Shown piece after piece: positions 36,837 through 46,602 of a stretch of DNA of 64,000 nt (position 1 is the stretch's first letter; each line of letters starts with the position of its first letter). The stretch is from the sequence record PZ445554.1, one strand, 5' to 3'. Below the pieces are notes generated by a model. That model did no database searches. It was not told where the DNA came from and saw nothing but the letters and a program-made list of their open reading frames with translations. The stretch is from a phage. The translations under genes and the position numbers were made by a program.

Positions 36837-37391
36837 TTACCGGTAGCGACCCGGTTTCTCATTTGGTATTTCAAATTGTGTAGATTTAGTATCTAATTTT
36901 TTAACTATGGAACTTATGTCATGAAAGAAAAACCATTCACCATTTATATGGTCCTGATTATAAATGCTGTGCATATATTTTTCAAGTTCTACTGCATCCT
37001 GGGAATATCTAAATGATACTATTTTAAAACTTTTAAACGGTGAAAATGTATTTGCTGTTATAACTCTAACATCAGGTTCTATACTTCTTCCTATTTTATA
37101 ATAATTAGGATTTGTAGTATCTACCATTATGTATACGAAAGCCTGTCGATAGCTTTTTTCTATATCAAATTCATCTTTAAATTTCAAAAGATTTAGGGCG
37201 GCAGTCCTACAAAATACTTTCCATTTTGACAAGCGTTTGGCTTTAGTCATAGAAAAGAATTTTTTCTTATCTGTTATTTTAAGAAAAGCAACATTTTCAA
37301 TTAGTTCTTGTGTTATTTCAAAATTACCATGGTATATTAATCCAGCTTTTATAGCCAAATTAATTTGGTCCCAGTCTACATCACTTCTCAT
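36837..37391 (-). CDS. T5orf172-domain protein (GIY-YIG superfamily, putative mobile endonuclease-like)
   Basis: 184 aa; C-terminal half FVYIMVDTTNPNYYKIGRS...SQDAVELEKYMHSIYNQDHINGEWFFF matches the T5orf172 core (YKIGxT...E..xH...GEWF). Confidence 0.65.
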   Translation of the reverse strand: MRSDVDWDQINLAIKAGLIYHGNFEITQELIENVAFLKITDKKKFFSMTKAKRLSKWKVFCRTAALNLLKFKDEFDIEKSYRQAFVYIMVDTTNPNYYKIGRSIEPDVRVITANTFSPFKSFKIVSFRYSQDAVELEKYMHSIYNQDHINGEWFFFHDISSIVKKLDTKSTQFEIPNEKPGRYR

Positions 37392-37412
37392 AATATTATT
37401 CTCTCAATAATT

Positions 37413-37489
37413 TGGCCAGGGTGAAAGGATTCTAACCTTTAACCTGCGGTTTAGAGGACCGCTACTCTATACAATTGAGTTACACCCCG
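37413..37489 (-). tRNA. tRNA-Arg (anticodon TCT)
   Basis: Cloverleaf: acceptor CGGGGTG/CACCCTG, D-stem ACTC/GAGT, anticodon stem GCGGT/ACCGC loop CCTCTAA, T-arm AAAGG-TTAGAAT-CCTTT, CCA encoded; unusual C33. Confidence 0.6.
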
Positions 37490-37615
37490 TAATTAGTTCA
37501 CAGCAATACCTACTCCAACAATCAAGATGTCTTCACACGAAATTAAGAGAAGAGTGATCAGTTCAACCCCTATAATCGCGTCAAGTAGATATTAATGTGA
37601 CAACTGTCACAAGTT

Positions 37616-37690
37616 TGGCGGACGTGATAGGATTCGAACCTATAACCAATCGCTTAACAGGCGATCGCTCTGCCATTGAGCTACACATCC
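37616..37690 (-). tRNA. tRNA-Asn (anticodon GTT)
   Basis: Acceptor GGATGTG/CACGTCC, D-arm GCTC-AATGGCA-GAGC, anticodon loop CTGTTAA, T-arm ATAGG-TTCGAAT-CCTAT, GCCA 3' end. Confidence 0.7.
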
Positions 37691-37694
37691 AAAT

Positions 37695-37781
37695 TGGTGG
37701 GGAGTGGTGGAGTCGAACCACCCGAGTCGCAATGACAATGAATTTACAGTCCACACCGCTACCTCTACGGGATAACTCCCC
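37695..37781 (-). tRNA. tRNA-Tyr (anticodon GTA)
   Basis: Class II tRNA, long variable arm; acceptor GGGGAGT/ACTCCCC, anticodon loop CTGTAAA, T-arm GGTGG-TTCGACT-CCACC, CCA encoded. Confidence 0.6.
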
Positions 37782-37794
37782 CTAATTCGTAATT

Positions 37795-37869
37795 TGGTGA
37801 CCCTGGGTGGAATTGAACCACCATCTGGCGATTATGAGTCGCTTGCTTGAACCTTCCAGCTACAGGGCC
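37795..37869 (-). tRNA. tRNA-Ile (anticodon CAT, lysidine type)
   Basis: Anticodon stem-loop GCGACTCATAATCGC identical to E. coli tRNA-Ile2; acceptor GGCCCTG/CAGGGTC; T-arm GGTGG-TTCAATT-CCACC; CCA encoded. Confidence 0.65.
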
Positions 37870-37870
37870 T

Positions 37871-37946
37871 TGGTGCTGATTGACGGAATCGAACCGCCGA
37901 CGTCCTCATTACAAGTGAGGTGCTCTACCTACTGAGCTAAATCAGC
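37871..37946 (-). tRNA. tRNA-Thr (anticodon TGT)
   Basis: Acceptor GCTGATT/AATCAGC, D-arm GCTC-AGTAGGTA-GAGC, anticodon stem CCTCA/TGAGG loop CTTGTAA, T-loop TTCGATT, CCA encoded. Confidence 0.7.
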
Positions 37947-37951
37947 AAAAC

Positions 37952-38041
37952 TGGCGGAGGCGATAGGATTTGAACCTATGAGTCGCCGGAGCGACTGCCG
38001 GTTTTCAAGACCGGTGCATTAAACCACTCTGCCACGCCTCC
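37952..38041 (-). tRNA. tRNA-Ser (anticodon TGA)
   Basis: Class II; acceptor GGAGGCG/CGCCTCC, anticodon stem CCGGT/ACCGG loop CTTGAAA, long variable arm, T-arm ATAGG-TTCAAAT-CCTAT, CCA encoded. Confidence 0.7.
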
Positions 38042-38043
38042 AG

Positions 38044-38117
38044 TCTCCGTGGCAGGATTTGAACCTACGACATTCTGCTCCCAAAGCAGACGCTCTACCA
38101 AACTGAGCTACACGGAG
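38044..38117 (-). tRNA. tRNA-Pro (anticodon TGG)
   Basis: Acceptor CTCCGTG/CACGGAG, D-arm GCTC-AGTTTGGTA-GAGC, anticodon stem TCTGC/GCAGA loop TTTGGGA; CCA not encoded. Confidence 0.65.
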
Positions 38118-38127
38118 TAAATTAAAT

Positions 38128-38201
<74 letters not shown>

Positions 38202-38206
38202 AAATT

Positions 38207-38293
38207 TGGTGCGAGAAGTGGGACTCGAACCCACAAGGAAATCATTCCGCAGCATTTTAAGTGCTGTGCCTTTACCAATTTGACCATTCTCGC
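38207..38293 (-). tRNA. tRNA-Leu (anticodon TAA)
   Basis: Class II; GCGAGAATGGTCAAATTGGTAAAGGCACAGCACTTAAAATGCTGCGG...GGGTTCGAGTCCCACTTCTCGCACCA recognised as T4 tRNA-Leu. Confidence 0.8.
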
Positions 38294-38294
38294 G

Positions 38295-38367
38295 CTGGGA
38301 ATAAAGGACTCGAACCTTTGCATCCTGGAATCAAAATCCAGTGCCTTACCAACTTGGCTAATTCCCA
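38295..38367 (-). tRNA. tRNA-Gln (anticodon TTG)
   Basis: Acceptor TGGGAAT/ATTCCCA, anticodon stem CTGGA/TCCAG loop TTTTGAT, T-arm AAAGG-TTCGAGT-CCTTT; CCA not encoded; 1 nt from tRNA-Leu. Confidence 0.7.
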
Positions 38368-38436
38368 ATTATTAACAAAGGCTCTCTAACAAGAACCCTT
38401 GATGATAGAGGGTATTAATCAGTGCGGTATGAGTTA

Positions 38437-38462
38437 ATAATAACAAATAATTCTTAAAGCAT
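38437..38462 (-). promoter_or_regulatory. candidate MotA-dependent middle promoter for the tRNA operon
   Basis: Minus strand ATGCTTTA (MotA-box-like) followed 12 nt later by TATTAT, ~70 nt upstream of tRNA-Gln. Confidence 0.3.
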
Positions 38463-38464
38463 AT

Positions 38465-38752
38465 TTACCATTTATGCTGATACATATTTACGATGCATTC
38501 AAGACCCAAAGGATTCTTGAAAATATCATATTCAAGAGGACCTTTTTCTGTTTCAATAAAGAAATCAAAATTTACTGTGTTAAATTTACGGTCTTCCTTC
38601 ACTAATTTAACTTGAGAAGATGAACGGTCAACATAAACCTTTTCAACTTCAAAACATGTTAAAATGCCATAATCATCAATCAAGGCTTTAGCTGCTTCTT
38701 GATCATATTTATATCCATTTTCAATGGATGATACTTTAGCATAAAGAATCAT
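38465..38752 (-). CDS. hypothetical protein
   Basis: 95-aa ORF. Confidence 0.5.
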   Translation of the reverse strand: MILYAKVSSIENGYKYDQEAAKALIDDYGILTCFEVEKVYVDRSSSQVKLVKEDRKFNTVNFDFFIETEKGPLEYDIFKNPLGLECIVNMYQHKW

Positions 38753-38789
38753 TATCAGCCTCTATCAACGATAGTATGAGTATGGGCAT

Positions 38790-39164
38790 TTACGATTTGC
38801 CACCAATCAAAGCGATTGGAACCATAATCCGGTTTATTTCATTTTCTTTAATGATATCACGTAGTTTATCTTCTGTTTCAGCATACGCAATTAAATCATC
38901 ATATCCACCACAAGGATAATAATTATCACCTGCAAATAAAAGAAAATTTACCTTAGATGGATTTACGTAATAATGGTCTTTAGGATATTTAGTTCCTCTC
39001 CAATCAGTTACTTCAACATAACGGTAAGAAAATCCATTTTTACTTTCAATCCAACTCCACGCTTCAAAAGGAGTATTAAAAACTTTATCAGGTATTAAAT
39101 TACCTTCAAAATGAGAAGGATTTGCATAATCCCCAGCATAAACATAATATTCGTTAATACTCAT
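38790..39164 (-). CDS. hypothetical protein
   Basis: 124-aa ORF, Tyr/aromatic-rich. Confidence 0.5.
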   Translation of the reverse strand: MSINEYYVYAGDYANPSHFEGNLIPDKVFNTPFEAWSWIESKNGFSYRYVEVTDWRGTKYPKDHYYVNPSKVNFLLFAGDNYYPCGGYDDLIAYAETEDKLRDIIKENEINRIMVPIALIGGKS

Positions 39165-39350
39165 TTATTCACCTTTAGAAATTTTATCCATAACAATAGC
39201 AATTAAACCAATTAAAAATGCTACTACAAGTGAAAACACATTTTCTGCTGTAGTCAATAATCCACATATAAATCCAACAAACATTGAAAAACTAAAAGCG
39301 GAAGCAGAAATTGCAATAGCAACATTTCGAATTAATTCACAACGTTTCAT
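39165..39350 (-). CDS. small membrane protein
   Basis: 61 aa; two hydrophobic helices. Confidence 0.5.
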   Translation of the reverse strand: MKRCELIRNVAIAISASAFSFSMFVGFICGLLTTAENVFSLVVAFLIGLIAIVMDKISKGE

Positions 39351-39378
39351 TTTATTCTCCTCAGTAGTAGATAGGGTA

Positions 39379-39408
39379 ATAGTATCACTACCCTATCTAA
39401 AAGTAAAC
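39379..39408 (-). promoter_or_regulatory. T4-type early promoter inside an 11-bp inverted repeat
   Basis: GTTTAC-N18-TACTAT; -10 element lies in loop of perfect inverted repeat TAGATAGGGTA/TACCCTATCTA (39368-39399). Confidence 0.5.
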
Positions 39409-39642
39409 TTATTTTTTACGAAAAATTGATTTATTTTCTGCTGCCCATTTTTCAATAACTGCAGCAGGACCAGTAACAACAATTTTATCACCGTAATCTT
39501 CTGCGGCGAGTTGACCGAAATTATCTAATGCATCACGAAGAACTCCATGAGGCATTTCACCCATTTTATCTTTCTTGCCAGTGTAAATAAACTCAACTTT
39601 TACATCAGCAGTTTCAGCAATAAATTCTTGGTAAGTTTTCAT
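39409..39642 (-). CDS. internal protein-like (IPI-type position, capsid targeting leader)
   Basis: ORF 39409..39654; from MKTYQEFIAE 77 aa; leader matches T-even internal-protein capsid targeting sequence. Confidence 0.6.
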   Translation of the reverse strand: MKTYQEFIAETADVKVEFIYTGKKDKMGEMPHGVLRDALDNFGQLAAEDYGDKIVVTGPAAVIEKWAAENKSIFRKK

Positions 39643-39676
39643 TTTGATTTCCATTTGGTTTTGTTTTGATAGGGTA

Positions 39677-39706
39677 ATAGTATCACAACTAAAACCCTAT
39701 GTAAAC
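39677..39706 (-). promoter_or_regulatory. T4-type early promoter inside inverted repeat
   Basis: GTTTAC-N18-TACTAT; flanked by ATAGGGT/ACCCTAT; 30-nt upstream block GTAAACAACTTTGTGAAATTATTTTAAATC repeated at 40031. Confidence 0.5.
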
Positions 39707-39718
39707 AACTTTGTGAAA

Positions 39719-39976
39719 TTATTTTAAATCTTCTAATCGTTTCTTCATCTTAGAACCGTTCTTAGCGATTTCGCCTGCATCAGAGCATAATGCTAAAAGC
39801 GCTTTAACTTTAGTTTGATCTCCTTTAAAAGATGAAGGATCAACAGCAGCAGCAAGTTCTTTAATACGAGAGAAAAGGCGCTCAGCTTCAGCTAAAGCCA
39901 TTCCAAGCTTTACTTCCATACCGTGGGAAGATTCAGTAATAGTAGTTTTTGTAGCAAACTCTTTGAAAGTTTTCAT
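39719..39976 (-). CDS. internal protein-like (capsid targeting leader variant)
   Basis: 85 aa; N-terminus MKTFKEFATK resembles the internal-protein leader; helical. Confidence 0.55.
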   Translation of the reverse strand: MKTFKEFATKTTITESSHGMEVKLGMALAEAERLFSRIKELAAAVDPSSFKGDQTKVKALLALCSDAGEIAKNGSKMKKRLEDLK

Positions 39977-40006
39977 TTTATTTTCCTAATTAATTTTGAT
40001 GAGATA

Positions 40007-40036
40007 ATAGTATCACTACCTCATCAGTATGTAAAC
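40007..40036 (-). promoter_or_regulatory. T4-type early promoter inside inverted repeat
   Basis: GTTTAC-N18-TACTAT; flanked by TGATGAG/CTCATCA inverted repeat. Confidence 0.5.
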
Positions 40037-40048
40037 AACTTTGTGAAA

Positions 40049-40733
<685 letters not shown>

Positions 40734-40734
<1 letters not shown>

Positions 40735-41459
40735 TATAGTACCTTTAGTGTATTTTTAATTTTAGAAAAAAGTTCTTCAAGAGAACCATCGTTTGTAATT
40801 ACTAAATCGCCATCACGAATTGGCAATCCAGCTTCTGTAATATGTGTATCATTGGATTTTTGACCAGGACGAACTACATGAATTACTGTAGCACCCATCG
40901 CCCTAGCCGCATCCATTTCATGATCTTGACGGGTATCAGGAACGATATAATAATCATAACCTGAGTTAAATTTATCAAGATAATCTAAAGCAAATAATTT
41001 TACCCAGTACATGCGGTCGAAGTTATTAACAATCAAATCCGTACCTAGGGCTTGCATCAGACGACGGACTGACCATTGATCTTCAATATTATTTATAACG
41101 TCAATAATCTTGTTAAATGCTACGGAATTAACTGATTCTTGTCCTTCGTCATCAAAAACAAACACACCTTTAATTGGGCTTTTACCATTAAGATAGCAAA
41201 ATGCTTGTTCCATAATCGTGATTACTTCTAATTTAGTCAGATTTAAATTAGTCTCACGATCATAGTCAATTCCTTCAAACTCTTTACGAGTTAAGCAAGG
41301 ATAGTCAGTGTTTGCTGCAAATACTCCCCATGCATAAGCCAATGCATCCTTAATAGGACCGGCAAGTTGGTATTTAACTGCAGAATAATTGCTCATGATA
41401 AAATCAGCAGTAGTATCTTTTCCACTACGCTTTACACCGCTTAAAAAGATTAGTTTCAT
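40734..41459 (-). CDS. 1: deoxynucleoside monophosphate kinase gp1
   Basis: 241 aa from MKLIFLSGVKRSGKDT (P-loop), GAGGAGAAAC RBS; ORF-track version has a 13-aa N-terminal extension. Confidence 0.9.
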
Positions 41460-41508
41460 GTGTTTCTCCTCAAATTTAATTAAGATTATAACACACAAAA
41501 CTGAAGCA

Positions 41509-42039
41509 TTAAACTTCTGCTATAATTTTACCATCTTTTTCTACTTGAAAATACGTATAAGGAATCGTAGCTGTACATACTAAAGCCGGGTCTGAATCTT
41601 CTGTGTAGCTAAATTCTACTTCAGATAGGTCAGAAACCCAAGGCTTATAAAAATTTATTGACATCACGATTTCAGTTTTGCTATTATCTAAGATGTAAAG
41701 CGTAATGTACTCAGGACCTGTTTTTTGAGCAGTATTTTCACCTGTAAGATAGTTGCTAGTTCCTAGCATCCATTCATACATTCCTATCCATGACTTAAGT
41801 TCTTCATCAACTATAAATCTCACAATGAGTGGATCATACTCAAATGTAACACCTGGACGTTGTGCTCGACCCAGGCCAAATGGCCCAGTCACGGTATCAG
41901 TAACAGGTATTCTAATTCCTGGAATAGGAACTGACTGAGCATTTAAAGTAAAAGCAGATGTAGTATTACTATGTGGTATTGATACTACAAAGTTAGTTGT
42001 ATTTGCTTGGTTAAAAATTTGTTGCAGAGCTTGCGACAT
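41509..42039 (-). CDS. 3: tail tube terminator/tail completion protein gp3
   Basis: 176 aa from MSQALQQIFNQANTTNF with GAGGAA RBS; ORF-track ORF is longer. Confidence 0.8.
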   Translation of the reverse strand: MSQALQQIFNQANTTNFVVSIPHSNTTSAFTLNAQSVPIPGIRIPVTDTVTGPFGLGRAQRPGVTFEYDPLIVRFIVDEELKSWIGMYEWMLGTSNYLTGENTAQKTGPEYITLYILDNSKTEIVMSINFYKPWVSDLSEVEFSYTEDSDPALVCTATIPYTYFQVEKDGKIIAEV

Positions 42040-42145
42040 ATATTCCTCATAATGCTTTATAACTGTTGGTGGTATAATGGGTCTAAGTCCCTTCCATTCA
42101 ATTCCATTTAGAACAAACAACAGAAAAGAATGGAAGATAATAGAA

Positions 42146-42970
42146 TTAGATATTTGACCAGACTTTGTTTGCAGAGAAACGTTTTCCTTTTGAAACGAAC
42201 TGCTGAAGTGGCATTAACACAACGTTCGCCCAGTCTTTCGGGGCGATTTCAACAAGGCTACCCATAACATTACCAGGTATATATGCCTTAATCATTTGGT
42301 CTGCACCCCTAAATCCTTTCACTTGACTCCAATCAATTTTTAATTTCGTTTTATTAGTAATAGTCGGTGTATTTGCATATTGCTTTAAAAGCTCTTCTAG
42401 GAATTGCTGGCGAGCTTTAGGTGGAATATAGTGCAAGTTCAATCCGTACATTAAATTATGCTTACCTAAACCAAGGTAAATTATTAAAGGAAATTTATCC
42501 CAGTAAGGAAGAGTTTCCTTGTGTTTAGCATCATAAGCAAAAGCATATATTCGTCCCGGCTGCGGGCGAACAACTTTATGTCCTTTTACTTGCTTAATAG
42601 TTTCAGCAAACCACTTTCTGGTTTTATTATTAATTGCTGCACCTTCATTACGAATTTTATCACGCAATGTTTGTCTGAATGAATTTATCATAAGCAGTTG
42701 TCTTTCTTGCTTATTGAGTTTATTCATTGGTTTTGATTCAAGCTTTTGAATCTTTTCAGCCGTTTTAATTCCTGAAGCATATTTTGACATTGCCGAAGTA
42801 AACGTAGAGTATTTGATTCCTCTTTCTTCAGCAAATTGCTTTCCTGTCATTCCTTTTGCTTTGGCCTTTTTATATTCAAGACCTATCTGAATCCATTTCT
42901 TTTCGTTTAATGATTGCTTAACCTTTGGAACTTGGGGAGTGCTTTCATTAATTATTTGAAAAATAGCCAT
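42146..42970 (-). CDS. 2: DNA end-protector protein gp2
   Basis: 274 aa, basic; position between genes 3 and 4; T4 gp2 length. Confidence 0.85.
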   Translation of the reverse strand: MAIFQIINESTPQVPKVKQSLNEKKWIQIGLEYKKAKAKGMTGKQFAEERGIKYSTFTSAMSKYASGIKTAEKIQKLESKPMNKLNKQERQLLMINSFRQTLRDKIRNEGAAINNKTRKWFAETIKQVKGHKVVRPQPGRIYAFAYDAKHKETLPYWDKFPLIIYLGLGKHNLMYGLNLHYIPPKARQQFLEELLKQYANTPTITNKTKLKIDWSQVKGFRGADQMIKAYIPGNVMGSLVEIAPKDWANVVLMPLQQFVSKGKRFSANKVWSNI

Positions 42971-43422
42971 TATGCCCCCTTAAAGCCAAGAGCTCGTAAT
43001 CCATCTTCTGTTAGAATTCTAAATTTTATTCCACGCTTTTCAGCTAAAGATTGTGCTGCTTTCCATTTGTCGGTATTAACAGACCAGGTATAAATTTCAT
43101 TCATAAATCTTTTCTTCGCTGCGGTTGTTAGATGTGCTGGTTTAACCGGTGGTTGTGTTTCTTTTTTAGGTTTTATTTCAATAAAAAATTCTTGTCCAGA
43201 AGAATCTTTCATCCAAATATCCATGAAGTATCTACGTTTTTTTCCTTCTGCATTACAAAAATAAGGAATTACTGCTGTTTCACTACCCCATGCAATAATT
43301 TCTGGATTTTTATCTAACCATTCAAAAAAGAATTTTTCCCAATTTGATCTATACGTAATTTTTTTAGGGTCACCTCTATACTTTGATATATTTTTAGGAA
43401 CCCATTTTCCAGAATATGCCAT
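42970..43422 (-). CDS. 4: head completion protein gp4
   Basis: 150 aa; divergent from gene 53 across a late-promoter region. Confidence 0.85.
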   Translation of the reverse strand: MAYSGKWVPKNISKYRGDPKKITYRSNWEKFFFEWLDKNPEIIAWGSETAVIPYFCNAEGKKRRYFMDIWMKDSSGQEFFIEIKPKKETQPPVKPAHLTTAAKKRFMNEIYTWSVNTDKWKAAQSLAEKRGIKFRILTEDGLRALGFKGA

Positions 43423-43433
43423 TGGATTCTCCT

Positions 43434-43456
43434 TATAAATAGATAATATATTTATA
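43434..43456. promoter_or_regulatory. divergent late promoters for gene 53 (+) and gene 4 (-)
   Basis: TATAAATA on plus strand 43434-43441 (29 nt before gene 53 ATG) and on minus strand 43449-43456 (27 nt before gene 4 ATG). Confidence 0.7.
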
Positions 43457-43469
43457 AACAGGAGGGCCC

Positions 43470-44060
43470 ATGCTCTTTACATTTTTTGATCCGATTGAAT
43501 ATGCGGCCAAAACGGTGAATAAAAACGCGCCGACTATTCCTATGACAGATATTTTTAGAAACTATAAAGACTATTTTAAACGCGCTCTTGCGGGATACCG
43601 CTTACGTACTTATTATATCAAAGGTTCACCACGCCCGGAAGAATTAGCAAATACTATATATGGAAATCCACAGCTGTATTGGGTTTTATTGATGTGTAAT
43701 GATAATTATGATCCGTATTATGGATGGATTACTTCACAAGAAGCAGCTTATCAAGCATCTATACAAAAATACAAAAATGTAGGTGGAGACCAAATAGTAT
43801 ATCATGTGAATGAGAACGGTGAAAAATTTTATAATTTAATATCATACGATGATAATCCATATGTTTGGTATGATAAAGGTGATAAAGCTAGAAAATATCC
43901 TCAATATGAAGGAGCACTTGCTGCTGTTAATACGTATGAAGATGCTGTTCTTGAAAATGAAAAACTTCGTCAAATAAAAATAATAGCAAAATCAGACATT
44001 AATTCATTTATGAACGACCTTATACGTATAATGGAGAAATCTTATGGAAATGATAAGTAA
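43470..44060 (+). CDS. 53: baseplate wedge protein gp53
   Basis: 196 aa; GGAGGG RBS; first late gene downstream of late promoter. Confidence 0.88.
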   Translation: MLFTFFDPIEYAAKTVNKNAPTIPMTDIFRNYKDYFKRALAGYRLRTYYIKGSPRPEELANTIYGNPQLYWVLLMCNDNYDPYYGWITSQEAAYQASIQKYKNVGGDQIVYHVNENGEKFYNLISYDDNPYVWYDKGDKARKYPQYEGALAAVNTYEDAVLENEKLRQIKIIAKSDINSFMNDLIRIMEKSYGNDK

Positions 44061-45771
44061 TAACCTTAATTGGTTTGTTGGTGTTGTTGAAGATAGAATG
44101 GACCCATTAAAATTAGGTCGTGTTCGTGTTCGTGTGGTTGGTCTGCATCCACCTCAAAGAGCACAAGGTGATGTAATGGGTATTCCAACTGAAAAATTAC
44201 CATGGATGTCAGTTATTCAACCTATAACTTCTGCAGCAATGTCTGGAATTGGAGGTTCCGTTACTGGACCGGTAGAAGGAACTAGAGTTTATGGTCATTT
44301 TTTAGACAAATGGAAAACTAACGGAATTGTCCTTGGCACGTATGGTGGAATAGTTCGCGAAAAACCGAATAGACTTGAAGGATTTTCTGACCCAACTGGT
44401 CAATATCCTAGACGTTTAGGAAATGATACTAACGTATTAAACCAAGGCGGAGAAGTAGGATATGATTCGTCTTCTAACATTATCCAAGATAGTAACTTAG
44501 ACACCGCAATAAATCCCGATGATAGACCGCTATCAGAAATTCCAACTGATGATAATCCAAATATGTCAATGGCTGAAATGCTTCGCCGTGATGAAGGATT
44601 AAGACTAAAAGTTTATTGGGATACAGAAGGATATCCAACAATTGGTATTGGTCATCTTATCATGAAGCAGCCAGTTCGTGATATGGCTCAAATTAATAAA
44701 GTTTTATCAAAACAAGTTGGTCGTGAAATTACTGGAAACCCAGGTTCTATTACAATGGAAGAAGCGACGACTTTATTTGAACGTGATTTGGCTGATATGC
44801 AACGGGACATTAAATCACATTCTAAAGTAGGACCAGTCTGGCAAGCTGTCAACCGTTCTCGTCAAATGGCGTTAGAAAATATGGCATTTCAAATGGGTGT
44901 TGGCGGTGTAGCTAAATTTAACACAATGTTAACTGCTATGTTAGCCGGAGATTGGGAAAAAGCATATAAAGCCGGTCGTGATTCATTGTGGTATCAACAA
45001 ACAAAAGGCCGTGCATCCCGTGTTACCATGATTATTCTTACGGGGAATTTGGAATCATATGGTGTTGAAGTGAAAACCCCGGCTAGGTCTCTATCAGCAA
45101 TGGCTGCTACTGTAGCTAAATCTTCTGACCCTGCTGACCCTCCTATTCCAAATGACTCGAGAATTTTATTCAAAGAACCAGTTTCTTCATATAAAGGCGA
45201 ATATCCTTATGTGCATACAATGGAAACTGAAAGCGGACATATTCAGGAATTTGATGATACTCCTGGGCAAGAACGATACAGATTAGTTCATCCGACTGGA
45301 ACTTATGAAGAAGTATCACCGTCAGGAAGAAGAACAAGAAAAACTGTCGATAATTTGTATGATATAACCAACGCTGATGGTAATTTTTTGGTAGCCGGTG
45401 ATAAAAAGACTAACGTCGGTGGATCAGAAATTTATTACAACATGGATAATCGTTTACATCAAATCGATGGAAGCAATACAATATTTGTACGTGGCGATGA
45501 AACTAAGACAGTTGAAGGTAATGGAACTATCCTAGTTAAAGGTAATGTTACTATTGTAGTTGAAGGTAATGCTGACATCACAGTTAAAGGAGATGCTACC
45601 ACTTTAGTTGAAGGTAATCAAACTAATACAGTAAATGGAAATCTTTCTTGGAAAGTTGCTGGGACAGTTGATTGGGACGTTGGTGGTGATTGGACAGAAA
45701 AAATGGCATCTATGAGTTCTATTTCATCCGGTCAATACACAATTGATGGATCGAGGATTGACATTGGCTAA
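44044..45771 (+). CDS. 5: baseplate hub/cell-puncturing protein gp5 with lysozyme domain
   Basis: 575 aa; internal T4-lysozyme-like segment MAEMLRRDEGLRLKVYWDTEGYPTIGIGHLI; C-terminal VxGxxxxxV beta-helix repeats. Confidence 0.93.
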   Translation: MEMISNNLNWFVGVVEDRMDPLKLGRVRVRVVGLHPPQRAQGDVMGIPTEKLPWMSVIQPITSAAMSGIGGSVTGPVEGTRVYGHFLDKWKTNGIVLGTYGGIVREKPNRLEGFSDPTGQYPRRLGNDTNVLNQGGEVGYDSSSNIIQDSNLDTAINPDDRPLSEIPTDDNPNMSMAEMLRRDEGLRLKVYWDTEGYPTIGIGHLIMKQPVRDMAQINKVLSKQVGREITGNPGSITMEEATTLFERDLADMQRDIKSHSKVGPVWQAVNRSRQMALENMAFQMGVGGVAKFNTMLTAMLAGDWEKAYKAGRDSLWYQQTKGRASRVTMIILTGNLESYGVEVKTPARSLSAMAATVAKSSDPADPPIPNDSRILFKEPVSSYKGEYPYVHTMETESGHIQEFDDTPGQERYRLVHPTGTYEEVSPSGRRTRKTVDNLYDITNADGNFLVAGDKKTNVGGSEIYYNMDNRLHQIDGSNTIFVRGDETKTVEGNGTILVKGNVTIVVEGNADITVKGDATTLVEGNQTNTVNGNLSWKVAGTVDWDVGGDWTEKMASMSSISSGQYTIDGSRIDIG

Positions 45772-45781
45772 TATACTTCCA

Positions 45782-46300
45782 ATGAGCGCTGATTTAGGAG
45801 AATCCATGGAAGGTTCTTCTATCGACGTCACCTTTACCGCTCAATTAGAAACAGGTGAAACGTTAGTATCTATAAATATAACTAGTTACGAAGAAACTCC
45901 TGGGGTTTTAGTAGAAGAAAATCGCTTATATGGAACATATGAATCTGTGTTTGGATTTGGAAATGACGCGTTGAAATATCGTTTAGTTGATGAATTTAAA
46001 ACTGCTGCTTCATGGGAAGACCTTCCAACTGATTCTAATACTCAGTTATATTTATGGAAAGCTCCTCAAAACCTCCAGAAGACATTCACTTACGAAGTAA
46101 CATTAATATATGACTACCAAGAACAAAGTGAATCTGGAGGTTCTGGCAGTAATTCTAGATCATCTTCTGATACTACTGAACCGACAGATCCTCCTGCTCT
46201 AGTAAGAAAAACTCTCGTTAAAAATTATACTAAAACTATAGTTGGAAATTGGAGTCGTTGGGCTAATAAATTAAGAAGCTATGTGTATGAGAGGTCATAG
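45782..46300 (+). CDS. hypothetical protein (5.1 position)
   Basis: ORF 45743..46300 trimmed to first Met after gene 5 stop. Confidence 0.5.
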
Positions 46301-46594
46301 ATGTCAGGATTAAGTTATGATAAATGTGTTACTGCTGGTCATGAAGCATGGCCTCCAACAGTTGTGAATGCTACACAAAGTAAAGTATTCACTGGAGGAA
46401 TTGCTGTTCTCGTAGCAGGTGATCCAATTACAGAACATACAGAAATTAAAAAGCCATATGAAACACATGGCGGAGTGACACAACCCAGAACTTCTAAGGT
46501 ATATGTCACTGGAAAGAAAGCTGTTCAAATGGCTGATCCAATATCATGCGGTGATACTGTGGCTCAGGCATCATCTAAAGTATTCATTAAATAG
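46301..46594 (+). CDS. 5.4: PAAR-repeat spike tip protein gp5.4
   Basis: 97 aa; small Gly/Val-rich PAAR-like protein following gene 5. Confidence 0.75.
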
Positions 46595-46602
46595 GATTTA
46601 AA

